A DNA stretch of 63,915 bases, counting the filler, from Bigelowiella natans CCMP2755 (taxonomy: Eukaryota > Protista > Cercozoa): NCBI GenBank assembly GCA_000320545.1. It is 6 parts of 6 records of this genome, joined end to end, with 100 filler letters (N's around TTAATTAATTAA, not from the genome) between each part and the next. Parts side by side here need not be neighbours in the genome. Positions count along the whole stretch, not along the records: positions 14,989 to 26,665 come from ADNK01003477.1; positions 26,766 to 56,182 come from ADNK01001150.1; 4 more parts are not named here. One strand, written 5' to 3'. Position numbers and translations under genes: made by a program. Positions 22,908 to 38,111 of this stretch are shown piece by piece (position 1 is the stretch's first letter; each line of letters starts with the position of its first letter). The notes beneath the pieces are model-generated. The model saw nothing but the letters and a program-made list of their open reading frames with translations. It was not told where the DNA came from and did no database searches.

Positions 22908-23539
22908 CATGTGGTCAATCAATTGCGACATGCAGCTAACAATTGCAAACGTCCACAAATACAGGCGAATTATTGCGCATGCAAGTGCACGTTCTGGCGG
23001 CTGCGAAGCGAGCAAAATGAAATGACAGAAAATCATTTCACGCAAATGATGCCGGTTACACAGACGGTACGTGCGATCGCGATCGTATCCATGACGACAG
23101 CGTTACCATCTAGCTACAGTCGTGCGCGGCCGCCACACGTACGTAGACACGATCAAAAAGTGATTCAAATAAACATGAGCCGCTGCACGGCCACCACACA
23201 GCAGCCGCCAGGCGCGGGCGTGGCCTGTGATCCCGGATTTTCGTTGCAAAATCCATCTTGCGCGCGCATGCGTTACTTCGATTGCTTTCATCATTGTGCA
23301 TTGCTAGATTGCATATATGCCCTGCATGTCTTTCATTTCACATGCACATTGTGTACGTCTGATTGCGATGTCGGTTGCATGTGCGCTCACTGACAATGCG
23401 AAAGCACAGGCTGTTTTTTGGGTAGCTCATAGCATTCCGCTGTTGCGGCCGCGCATGGCCGGCGCGCAGCCCAGATAACAGACGTGGTAATAGCATATGT
23501 AACATATATATATGACATTACGTGTCTATAATAAATAGC

Positions 23540-23593
<54 letters not shown>

Positions 23594-24099
23594 ATTACGT
23601 GTCCATAATCCAGCGTCCTATGTAGTTATAAACACACATAAATGAAGATAAACTTTTGGTTGAAGTGAGGAACACGCGCACAATCAGTACCTTCGACATT
23701 GATGGCGGCGAAGACATGATGATTCCACGTTTATTTGTCGAGCGCAAGTGAGGGACTCGGCACCATAAAATATTCTCTTACAACACCCTGCGTCGTTGAA
23801 CGTGTTTTCTCCTAATTTTGATAAGTAGCAGACGGCAGTATTCGAATCGGATGTAAGCCGTATTCACTACGGAAGGAGGGGGCAGGAATACGTACTCCAC
23901 TAGCTTAGCAGAAATTGGATAAATGCATGCATTTTGCACGTTGCGACATGAGAATATGCGTTCCTTATTTAGAAACAGTCCTAAATCTGCGCCCCTTTTT
24001 CTTAGCTTTTTCCCGACACACCATGTGTCTTTATTATTTTATTACATGCATTTTTTGATTATTGTTTTCATAGTTTGTCATAAGTCTCATACTTGCATG

Positions 24100-24507
24100 T
24101 CGCAGCATGACCCCTCACCAAAATTCTCGAGAATTGATCACGTTCACTCACTCTAGTTGCTAGCTCATCACAGATGGCTTGCTCATGCCAGCATGCTCAA
24201 ACGCTCATTGAGGCTCATGAGGATTGGTGTCATAGTTGTGATGTGGAGTAGCAACATTGGAGATGTCCATCTGCAATCATCAGTGAGGTTTCGATTTGCC
24301 ACAGTGTCCAGAGACCCTCATCATCGTTCTCGCTTGTTCTCATTGTTCCCCACATCCACAATCAGTTCTTGTTGAGCGCTGCTGCGCGTGCACACGCCTG
24401 TCTCCCATGTGGTTCTGGCGCATGTGGATTTGCATCAATGCTTCACTCATTGTTCATTGTTCATTTCTGGGTCATTGAGTGGTTCTCGTCACAGCCAGAG
24501 CAGGAAG

Positions 24508-24587
<80 letters not shown>

Positions 24588-26420
24588 CACACACGTGTCA
24601 CACCCCCCGCTCATCACTGCTCGTCTGGATTGAAAGTTGTGATGCAGAGCAGCAATGTCAGAGATGTCCACTGGTCCATGCACACTTCATCACTGCATGG
24701 CAAGCTGGTGACGTGGTGAGGTCTCCAGTTGCCCAAGCTAGCAAGTGTGGAAGTGTCCAGAGATTCTCTTGATCACAATCAGTTGTGCTCATCGCACAGG
24801 AGGAAGCTCGCACACCTGCCACCGTGCCTGCCCCCAGTAGCCAGCTCATCACTGCTGATCCAGATGCGGAAAGTGGGATTGTGACGCAGAGTGACAATGC
24901 TGAAGGTGTTCACACGCACAGTTCGCACTTCATCACCAGCGAGGTCTCGAGTTGCCCAAACATGCAGACTGGCAGACTTGACGTCTTCTCACTGTTTTCT
25001 TTGTTGCATTGCACTGTGGCACTTGAGTCATGGAAAAATTGAAGCTTGCATGCTGCACCAAACTTTTTCACCCATCAAACCATGCTGGCATGCCAGCACG
25101 ACCACAAAATTCCTGACAGCACTGCAAGTTGCATTTCATCAATCAATTTGCTGCTTGCCAATCATCTTTGTGTCGTGCGTGCTGGCATGCATGCATGCTC
25201 AAGTCGTGCCTGCATGCCAACATGGCCAGATGGGTCAAGTGTGGCACCATTCTCAATGGTGCTTCAGAAACTCTGATGAGTGAAGCCATGCAAGCATGTG
25301 CCACTGACTCCAGGACTGGTCATCTTTGCAGCTGTCACAGGTCGAGTCTGTCGTGATCATCGTTTTTGTTGTTCCTGAGTCATCGGTCCGCATGCGGCTT
25401 CTCTGGCTAGCTGGTTCTGAGAGTGGAAAAAGGGCTCGTTCAAGGCCAAGAAAGGGTCCACAAGATCTCTTGCAATGACACTGAAAAACATGAATGATAA
25501 CTAGCTAGCTAGGCGATGGAATTCCCTGTAAAAGCCCACCGGATGGCATCGAAACGTTGTCTTCAGTCTTCAACGGAACTCCACGAAAGTGTTTCAGAAA
25601 GTGCAATCAACTTCACAGAACAGTCTCAGGGAAAAAACGCGCACACGTTGACCAAACCCCCGCAGTCTGACACAAAAGCTTCATGGCAAACGCGTTTCGA
25701 ATTTCAGGAAAAATGCGACGGCATCACACGAGATGAAGAAAGAAGAAAGTTTCATGAGCACTTCGGGGTGCACTGCGCCGCCAGCTTGTCTGGTGCACAC
25801 GCCAGCACGTCTAGACTTGCAAAAGCGTCATCGCAAAAATGTCATTGCCAAATTGAAATTTCTGGGCGCCACGCTGGACAAGCACAAAACAACACCAGAA
25901 CACTGGAACAGCTTCATTCACAACAGCACAACAGACCAACGTTTCCAATCTAAGACGGTGCAAGGTGGTCGTTTGCACAGGGTGAGTGAGTTGTCACAAC
26001 GCCCTGCATGATTGTGCAGGCTGGCAGGGCGAGTTGGCCATCGATGTCACATCCCAACACAATTTCCAGATTTGTGTCAGTGCGTAGGTGAGTTGATTTC
26101 AATCACTTCATCTAGTCATTGTTGCATCCGATGATTCCGCCACATGATGAACAGCTACAGACAGACACACAGTTCTCGCATTGCATCATGCAAGATTGGC
26201 TAGTCGTGTATGAGCTCATTGGGACAGGCGTCATGAGCAATGCTAGCTGTGAGCCGGGGCGCGAACAATGTGTGGCTCAAGATAGGAGGAACCAGTGCCC
26301 CACTCAATCACGTAAAACTAGGCGACGTACATTTCACGCACACACACACACACACACACATGCACACACACACATGCACACACACTAGGCGCTAGCATGC
26401 ACACATGCACACAAAGCCAC
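24100..26420. other. TpA-depleted tract containing three diverged repeat copies (possible TPR-gene relic on the minus strand)
   Basis: Very few TA, mostly in CTAG/TAG. Related units at about 24235, 24636 and 24878. Confidence 0.75.
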
Positions 26421-26539
26421 GCACACGAACCCACACACCACCGTACAGTGGGTGGCTTAATTTCTGTAATCAGCAGAACAATTGACACCTTGGACAGGAG
26501 ATGAAGCATTCCTAAAAAACGCATAGACCAGCTCGGAAT

Positions 26540-26656
26540 CTAGAAATCGCACAATCCCCAGGCACGCGGGAAGGGGATGACATCCTTGATATTGCTCATT
26601 CCAGTCACAAGCATCACCAACCGTTCGAAACCAAGGCCGAATCCAGCGTGTGGCAC
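26540..26656 (-). CDS. asnS: Asparaginyl-tRNA synthetase, last exon
   Basis: cag|[38 protein letters not shown]: class II motif 3 with the AsnRS-typical NIxDVIPFPR. The upstream part is lost at the linker. Confidence 0.9.
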   Translation of the reverse strand: MPHAGFGLGFERLVMLVTGMSNIKDVIPFPRAWGLCDF

Positions 26657-26665
26657 CTGAGTGTG

Positions 26666-26765
26666 NNNNNNNNNNNNNNNNNNNNNNNNNNNNNNNNNNN
26701 NNNNNNNNNTTAATTAATTAANNNNNNNNNNNNNNNNNNNNNNNNNNNNNNNNNNNNNNNNNNNN
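26666..26765. other. Artificial contig linker
   Basis: N44-TTAATTAATTAA-N44. Confidence 0.98.
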
Positions 26766-26790
26766 TTATATATATATATATATATATTGT

Positions 26791-26821
<31 letters not shown>

Positions 26822-27329
26822 TCAGTTTGTCCGGATAACTTGTCGCTGCTCTTTGCTCCTTCAACTGCTGGTGTGTGGATGCTAGCATCATCATCATGCC
26901 TTCCCTTTCTCCGCCCCGCTATGGCACTGCACGCGTTGCTTTTAGTACGCTGGGTTATGCGTGTGTGCGTGTGTGCGTGTATGTGTACGTGTGTGTACGT
27001 GTGTGTGTGTTTTGTGTTTATTGTATCCTCTACTTCGTATTATCGAAACCGATACGCATTTCATCATGCGATGGTGACTGCTCAGGATCGGAGCAGCAAA
27101 GCATTCGTGTGCAATCCGTGGTAATTAGTAGTTAAGCAGTTGGTAGCTTTTGGTTGTTATAGTCGTGGTATTCGTTGTAATAGTTGTGCTGGTAGAAGCC
27201 AGAATAACAGCAGCTCAGTTGTGTCGCATGCGTTTTTGCGCGCGCGCGCGCGTGTGCTTGTAAGTGTGTGTTTGCACGAGTATATGGTTAGTCTTTGTGC
27301 GATGTCGTGCTGTTTCACCGCACCGTGAA

Positions 27330-27704
27330 GAACGATTGACATCTGATGGCTACTATTCCACCACAGGTTAGCGTGTGCCTTGGTTACGTCGTTTTGCAGC
27401 AGTTCTTTGATGGGCTGAAGGAGGTCGTTTGAGAGAGCGTGAGAGCGTCGTGTCTTTGTGTTGCGTGCATGCCAAGGATGGTGCTGCGTGGTAGCGCCAA
27501 TGCGCTGACGAGGAAGGAGCATCTCCACCTCAGGGCATGCCTGTTGGTTGAAGGGTTGGCATTGTTGCTGTGCTTCTCTTAAAATGGGCAGATATTCAAC
27601 GGGGCGATAAGGGGATGCGGCAGGCAGTCGATCGGAATGGTGCGTACGATTTTACCGATGCAGCGCTTGCTCTGTTTTGTGCCTTCTGGTGAGAGGAGAG
27701 TGTC

Positions 27705-27775
<71 letters not shown>

Positions 27776-28218
27776 GAATTTATATTCTCAATAATATATA
27801 TATATATATATATACCTCTTCCAAATGATCGTTCATCAATGAATAGGGAACCTCCTTCGTGTCATACTTCATGCTCTGCCTCCCCCTTGCTTACTGCCTG
27901 GCATTTGGCAAAATCCAGGTCACCTTCGATTAATAGCCACACCGGTGTTGTGTAACAGAACTTAGAGGGAAGGGGCGGAGAGGGGGGGGGGGGGGGGGGG
28001 GGGGACACACGTGATTCGAATATATCACTGAGAATTAGTTATTGGTATTGCTATTGCTAGTGTTGTGCTTAATAGAGCGTGTGTTGTGGTGGTATAATGA
28101 GCATATTTGCATGTGGTTTTCCTAGACTCGCTGGTCAGGAATCGAAGGACTGTTTGTTGCGACAGTATGCGCTTCTTCGGTATTTCGCCGAGACACGCTC
28201 ACAGAATTTTATACTAAG

Positions 28219-28252
<34 letters not shown>

Positions 28253-28278
28253 GTAAATATTAAAAGCTCATTGCGTGC

Positions 28279-28325
<47 letters not shown>

Positions 28326-29048
28326 GAGTTTTGCGTCTGTATTTATGTTTTGTGCTGCTGATGATACACGCTGAATTTTGTGCTTATTTCCTGCACCAGA
28401 CGCATGCAATCCTCAATGGGTGCGTAATCGCTAGCACGGATTGGAGACGAGTGGTAATTCATATTTGTATAATACATACAAACAATATATATATATATAT
28501 ATATATATACATATTCTAATATGCGTGCGTGCGTGCGTGTGTGTGTGTGAGAGTGGTTATAAGTGTGTATCATCACATACACTTGCGCGCATGCCTGCAT
28601 CCCTGCACGTATTAGATTCAGAAGAATACCAGTGATAAGTGTATTCATTGTGAAGAATGAAGCACATATGCTTTGAGTGCGTGCCGTCGTCGTTATTTGA
28701 CGCTGACTCCATTCTCGTGTGCCTATGTGAATGGCGGGTAATGATATAGGTTGAGTCTTGTTCGCATCTGAACCTGATGACGAGACAGCAAAGCCAACGA
28801 ACCGTAATTCAAAACAACGTGATTCATCGTATTTTGAAGCAAACATTTTGTTGTATTTTGTCCTGAAGAGGACGGTGACTCGTATTTGGCTTTTCCATGT
28901 GATCTCGCATCGTCGGTTGTTCTAGGTAATTAGCCCGAAATCGGCCATATCGTCTGCTAGAGTGAGCGGCAATGGCGGATACGTTGATAGCAATGGGGCC
29001 CTTCTTCCCCTGAACGACAACAACGCAAATAATCGCAAGAACAAGCAT
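27330..29048 (-). CDS. Hypothetical spliced protein with N-terminal hydrophobic/signal segment
   Basis: MLVLAIICVVVVQG start and coding-like exon fragments (IEDCMRLVQEISTKF, FCYTTPVWLLIEGDLDF, DLLQPIKELLQNDVTKAHANLWW) between microsatellite introns. No family recognised. Confidence 0.35.
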
Positions 29049-29665
29049 TACGACTCGTTCAAATCCTCAAGCGCAGTTGATGTGCATGTTACCTTACCCC
29101 CTGGCGAGTGGAAGTGCGTTCGAATTTTATGATACTATAGAGGCCGGGCAAGGGCTGGAGGGGAGGAAGGGGGGGAGGCCATTATGATTGTTTATTTGTT
29201 TTCATCAATCTGTCGTTAATTTTTAAGCTTTAAGAGATCGGCGGAGAACATAGATGAGAAACTTGTATATATGTATATATATATAAATATATACGAAATA
29301 ATTGAAAATTGAATAACATCGTGAGTTTGGATTGCTTTGCCCCCTCTCCTCTGCCTCTCCTCCATCCTCTCCTTTTCATTAGGCTGAACGATGAAGGCGA
29401 CGACTACGAGCTGCCATATTCCCCGACATTTCCACGATGGAGCAATGTCGGAGGCTCGGAGCGGCCGACGCTGACGCCAAAATTGTCATCTATGACACCC
29501 ACAAAAGGATCGCCGATCTTATTCCCAATGCCCATTCTTCCTCCTGACCTGACGCTGGCACGTACAGGTTGAATGATTCGAATTGACGATGACTTTAGTC
29601 GGTGCAAGATTTCTTCAACCGTTTTGTAGGAATCGACCTCCGCATAAATGCTGGAAAATCTTGCT

Positions 29666-29715
<50 letters not shown>

Positions 29716-30049
29716 CTCTCTTTCTGTATGTGTGTGTGAGTTTGCGTGCATGAAACTGTAAGATGGAAACTAACATTAGTACAAAAATCCAGACATTGAC
29801 CTCGTTTTCGCCTAGATTAGAGGATGATGTGACTGAGCAATCCAATTTTGAACGTCAATTTTTTGTGTATTTGTTCTTGATAGGCCCGCGTGGCGCGTCT
29901 TCCAATGCAGATCCTAGCAGCTCGAGCCATATTCCGACTGCCACTCCACTTGAGATTTAGTGTATGATAACGGTGATGGTGACGGTTAGAAAAATGTCAC
30001 AATGATATCGACGTTATCGGTGTGTTGAACGTATGCATCATAGCACCAG

Positions 30050-31250
30050 TAGCTGCCATGTTTGGTGTTTGTCATCAAGTCGTCAAGGCACATCTAGTCA
30101 TCTAGACTCGACCCAATTTTGTAGAGAACTGAGTAGAACATCATGCATTTCACCCTGCTGGTTTGGCATGCGCCAAGCTAGCAAGCGCTAGAGCGGCCTT
30201 TCTGGCTTTGTCGTGAGGTGGAATGTGGCAATCAATCATGATGAATGAGATCATCTGAATGTCTACGCTAGTACGTAGTACATCGATTTCTAGAGTTGCG
30301 CCATCATCGCGTCGTGGTGTTTCAGACGTTGCGTGCGCAATCTAGTGATCGTAGCTAGGCTGCATAGCACACTGCTAGACTGCTACATGAGCCCATTTAC
30401 ATTCCGTCTGACTATCGCTGGCTAGCTCGCAAATCACCAAAATGACTAGCTAGCTAAATGACACGACTGAACGATTTGCTTCTGTGATTCTACTGTCTGG
30501 GGCACGTTGCTGTGCAATCTAGCTAGCTTAGCAAGACATGACGGGATGTGCGCGCTACATCTTGGCATACGTTCGACATGGTGCTAACGTGCACAGTGCA
30601 GAGTACAGAACCATGCTAGCACTCCGCCAGCATGAATTGTCTGAGCGAGTACATGTTGGTGAGGCAAGATCGCCTCGCCACTGCCGTTCTAGCGTTGTTT
30701 AGGCAAGCGAAGCGCAAAAACATGCCGAGTCGGGGAAATTTAAAAATGCGAACACAAACGCCCCTTGTAGCCGTACAACGTTCTGCAAGCTGATCTAGTT
30801 GGTCTAGTAGCCTGCTAGATCCGAAACGCAATAATGGCAAAATGCTCAATCTCGAAAACAGAAAAACAAAACGACAACGTGCTGGAGGAAGCATGCTAGC
30901 ATGAGCATGATGACAAATGTCTAGATGTGTCTATGTTGAACCAAACGACGCGCGCGCGAATTCAAAATTCATCCGATGTGCACATTGCATAAGCAAACAT
31001 CAATGAGAAACATGGCGTCATGCAAGTTTGTTGGCCATCAAAATCGCCTCCACAGCAACATGACATTCTTCACTTTCGTCACAATTGATGCTGAACACCA
31101 TGAAACTTGCACTCACAGATTTAATGGAAATGACGTTCCATTAGTGATTCTCACAAGACTCACACATGGACAAAAACATCACAACCCCTCCCACGTGTGT
31201 GTTCGAATAGGTTCATCATCATCCCTTCACTCGGTCCCTCGTCCTTCTTC
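30050..31250. other. TpA-poor, CTAG-rich degenerate tract
   Basis: Dense CTAG/GCTAGC (e.g. GACTAGCTAGCTA, TCTAGCTAGCTTAG) in a CATG/TGCA-rich background. Confidence 0.65.
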
Positions 31251-31274
31251 TCCTCGTGACAACGCAGCTTATAC

Positions 31275-31430
31275 TTAGAACCAATCTTTATTCATTCCAA
31301 GGAAGAAATTGTGCTTCCTTGCCTTTTCGAGAGCTTTCAAGAAGGCTTTTTCGCTCTTGCCTTTAGGTGCGGGACAACAAATTGTTACGAAACGATGGAG
31401 AGACTAAAATCGAGCATGTTATTGCTACTC

Positions 31431-31473
<43 letters not shown>

Positions 31474-31524
31474 GTGTGTGTGTGTGTGTGTGTGTCTGTC
31501 TGTCTCTCGTCCTCCCTCCTTCAC

Positions 31525-31591
<67 letters not shown>

Positions 31592-32996
31592 AATACACAG
31601 ACACGCACATACAATCACACACATACACTTGCGCATAATGTGTAAGACGTAATTGTGACATGAGATGTATTTAAACAGGAGAAAACCACTGAAACCAAGA
31701 GGGACATTTCACAGAAACGAAAGGAGGAAACACGCCTTAGGACACGGAAAGAACATGCAAATTAAAATTACGCTTTGCTTTTTGTCGCAGCCACTCCTCA
31801 TCCGTCTTGGCCCCCATCTTCTCATTCTTATCCATTATGTACCGCATCAAGGCACCCTTATCTCGTAGGCCCTGCCGTCCGCACACGTCGGCCTCGAAGA
31901 GGTCCTCCCGCAACGTGTCCTGGTGCACGTGAGGGGCCAGGCATTTGGAGGACACTTTGAACATCTCTGAGTATGTTCCTGAAGCGAGGGGGTAGCAGAG
32001 CGTGTGCGAGGGATAATGAAGAAGATTTATATCAAATACGGATTTGCATATCGTTGGAAAGCATGCGACGTGAGCACATTCATGCAGCAAGACTTGATTC
32101 ATTGCGTATTTATCGTTGGGGGCATGAGGTGCTAGCCATGTGGGAACCATCTCCTCACCCTTGAGCTCATCAACAGCCTCGTCGATCGTAGCCTTGACGT
32201 TCGGGTTGACCTGCAGGCAGCAGCAATAGCACGCGCCGTTGATTTTCACATGCACGATATGTATGAGGCCAGATGGTGGAGGGGTTACGATGACGACGAT
32301 GATGGCGATGAACGGCAGCAGTGGGGGTAGATAAGACGCTGTTGGTACAGCGTATCTCTTCTTCATTTGTTATGATCTTCCTTCACCTCTCCTGGCATGT
32401 CAATGCTTTTTACAGGCTCGGCTTTATTGATTTCTATGAAAAGACGATCCGCCTAGAATGCGATGATGGGTGATGATGATGATGATGATGATGACGACGA
32501 CGATGGTTGCCAAAAAAAAATAGCTTTACATGTGGTCATTATTGTATGAACGTGTCTATAACAACGACTCCAGCTACCTGTTTGCCGTCATTTAACTCGA
32601 AGACCTCTATCAGGACGTTCTTTTCTTTCGGGTCACAGAGACCTGTCAATGTGTCGCAAAATAAACACGCGCGCGCACAGAGAGAGAGAGAGAGAGATAG
32701 AGAGTTAATACATAATTCATGTCCATCACAAATTAATTCCCTCCCTTTTTTTGGTGATGATAACCGCCTCTCTTCTTGTTACTTCTTACTTACCATTCTT
32801 GGTCATGTGTTTGAATGCCCCCAGTCTATGCTGGCCATCAAGAAGGCCTATCTTCTGCGTTTGCTTGAATCGATACGCCGTTAAGATACCCGGGAATGTG
32901 TTCTTGACTACCGAGTTTTTCTTGTCACTTGCTATAGCTCTGATTGCAGCACACAATGCAACTATGATGGGGCCAACGTAGTATGTGTGTATATAT

Positions 32997-33035
<39 letters not shown>

Positions 33036-33366
33036 GATTATTTTTAGGTGTGAGAATTCGTATATGTTGCGTGCGCGTAGACAAGCGCATGCATTCGTTC
33101 ATATTACTTGGCCCTTTCGTCGCGAAAAGCCCTCTGTTTTTCCCACATCGGTATTTCTTGCAAGGTCTCCACGGACGCCAAGTATAGCTTCTTGTCCCCC
33201 AAATCCGCGATCATTTTGCCCAGAATCTAAAATTTACGCATCACATGGGGAACCCGTGCCGCAAAGGGCACGTCAATTCAATTAAAGTCCTTCCAGAGTG
33301 AGCCACCATGTGGCCATCACTACTGTAGAATCATCACTACCTAGCACTATTAACGATGATCGAAAC

Positions 33367-33399
<33 letters not shown>

Positions 33400-34091
33400 T
33401 CCTCCTACTGCTGCTGCTACCGGGTCGTATGTGGATGCCTCTGCCTTCTTCGCAGCCTCCTCCTGTTGCTCTTGCTCCAAACGGATGCTCTCTATTTCAC
33501 TTCTCAGAGCATTAGCTTCGTCTCGTTCAGCCTGGAGAGCGCCCTCCAGTGACTTCAGACGAGGATCAGGCCCTGGTTAAATGAAAAACATAAACAATGT
33601 AAAATGGTCTCGTGAGAGAAAGATTTTGACAAAAGTTTCAATATCCTTCTCCCTCCCCCCTGCCCGTCTCCTCATAGACCCTTCCCGAGCGGAAAATATA
33701 TAAAATATGTTTTTCCATACTCTGGAAAAAAATAAACCGCCGTGCATGTTTTCCTCTTCCCACACCCATATACCGACTCGCTGGTGAGTGAAATGGGCAA
33801 TGGAGGGAGAGAAGGAAGGAGGCAACGATCCAATATAATCAACAATCCCATAATTGACCAAAGACAAAATGACGCAAGAATAGGCGCGTTATATTCGGAA
33901 GGGACACAATGCATTGATAATAGTGACGACCGGGTAACATCGCTCGTAGATTTGTTTTTTATAGTGTAAAGCTCATCACCTGCAAACTCTCTCAGAGCAC
34001 CAAACGTCGTTTGAGATATGTTCGTGAAGATAGTAGACGTTGTTAGCCTCCGTCGAAACCGCAGCGATGATGACCGTAGCATACGACGCAT
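31275..34091 (-). CDS. DGQHR-domain (DndB/ParB-Srx-like) protein with N-terminal transit-peptide-like sequence and coiled coil
   Basis: Exons IPMWEKQRAFRDERAK / FPGILTAY..KIGLLDGQHRLGAF (DGQHR at 32825-32839) / NVLIEVF / LFIEINKAEPV / IDEAVDELKGTYSEMFKVSSKCLAPHVHQDTLREDLF / KALEKARKHNFFLGMNKDWF*. N-terminus MRRMLRSSSLRFRRRLTT. Confidence 0.8.
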
Positions 34092-34810
34092 CTGAAAAAA
34101 CGAGGTGGCGGAATGGCGGGATAAAGTTGCAGGATTAGAGCGTCTGAATTGATCCTTTGATTCTGCGAAGAAAAACTTTCCTTGCCCCGGATAACGTAAT
34201 TATGCTTTCATAACTCATGGAACATTGCAATGGAACATTACTTCAATTGGTCACGGATGCGCCTCAGCTTGCTCCGGGTTGCTTGGTGGGGCTGACTTCG
34301 AGACGCGATGCGTGTGCAACAATCAATACTTGGTTGCTACTGTCCGGGATTTACCAGATTACCAGAGAATGCAGGGGATTTCAGCATTATTCGAAACGCA
34401 ATCTCGAGCTCCAACATCGCAAATCCCATGTTCGATGCTCCGAGGATGAACGAGTGTTGGAAGATTTCTTGGTCATTTGTGGAAGTATGCCGTTTCAACT
34501 CATTTCTGAAGAGTTATCTCGCATTTTGGAGCAAATTCTACGTCATTTCCAGAAAGAATTCGCGCGGGAAGGCAATCGCATCAAGTTTCAGCCTAATATT
34601 TATAATAAAATGTAGGCTATTTTTTGCGTTTTAAGGAAAGAGAAGTAGAAGAGGCTTAATGGTGAAAATTCTACCAAATCTTCGCTTCCAAAGAGAGGAC
34701 AACAGAGTTCTTCTAATCATGATACGCCTTTCATTCTTTATCGATAAATACTGTTTCTATTGTCGCAGGTAAGAAACATCAGGTCAACTGAGTTGTCGCA
34801 TAAGCTGAAA

Positions 34811-36984
<2,174 letters not shown>

Positions 36985-38111
36985 TGCCTCTTCACGGACA
37001 TTTGTTGAGCCGTAAAATGAAAGAAGGCCATGAAAGATACAAGATCACCTCAATTGTGTGATAGAATCGTTCGTTGATAAGCTGGAGGCAAATCTAGCAT
37101 CAATAAATGTTTCTTCCACTTCGGGAATGACTTTCTCGAAATCGATCATTGGCAGTATGTATATATGTACATGTATGTATATTATATAACATATGCTGTA
37201 TACACCTTGTCCATTGTAGCACATCCTGGATTGAACTGACATGGCACATCACACACCACAAGCACCAAGTGGGGCACCATGGTTCTGTGCACATGGCAGA
37301 TTATAGATTATTGCGGGTTTTCCTTGTGCATGCTAGCTACATGTAGCTGATATGTACACATACATATCGCGTATATACGCAGGACATGCTAGCATGGATG
37401 CTTTCAAATGTGTGTTAATAGATAGAACATGCTATGAGCGCTGTGGCCGTCTGCCTTGCATGCTAGCATGGCTACATTGTTCGGATGACCATTGAACAGA
37501 TTTGATCACTTCATGCTACTACTAGAACTATGGATATAGGGACATGACACAGTATATACTATATTGTTAGACTAGGCTAGCATGCTGCATCCGCGTCTCA
37601 TGATCTGACGATGATCGAGATGTAGTTGATGAGCAGACGAACATGTGCGCGACGATGATAGTAGACAGTAGACGTCGAGACTAAACGGATGAAATCCTTA
37701 CGGCCATTCATAGTCCTAATGTTGATCGAAGCAGATGTGGAATCGCTGTTGTGGTCGTTGTCTTGCGCATCATGCGATCGCATCGAAGCAGCGGCTGACC
37801 CTCATCATTTTGGATCAGTTGTAATTGCACGCAGTTCATGATTTTGTGCCATGCCACGTATCGCATCAGATTTCTGTTTCGATCATGATCATCACGGACT
37901 ATCAGATTGACAAACGGAGGTCTGTAGGTCATTGATGAATCACATCTTTTCAGCCGGTCACTTGAGCCTGCTTGTGCACTTGGCGCACCGCCGAAAACGC
38001 AGCTCTAGAGCTGCATGTGCGGCGATTTGCGGATGTGATCGATGATGAAAACATGCGCAAAAACACTCAACCTAGACCTATACATAGAGGGTGGTGCGCG
38101 AGCTAAAGTTA

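Noticed and set aside
23700-23920. Possible C/D snoRNA or tRNA-like element (ATGATGA, TTCGAAT)
   Set aside because: No matching D box or terminal stem and no cloverleaf found.
29309-29960. Short ORFs on both strands
   Set aside because: No consistent splicing or motif; cannot be supported as a gene.
34217-34615. 132-aa ORF between the divergent DGQHR and transglutaminase genes
   Set aside because: No recognisable motif; probably promoter/UTR sequence.
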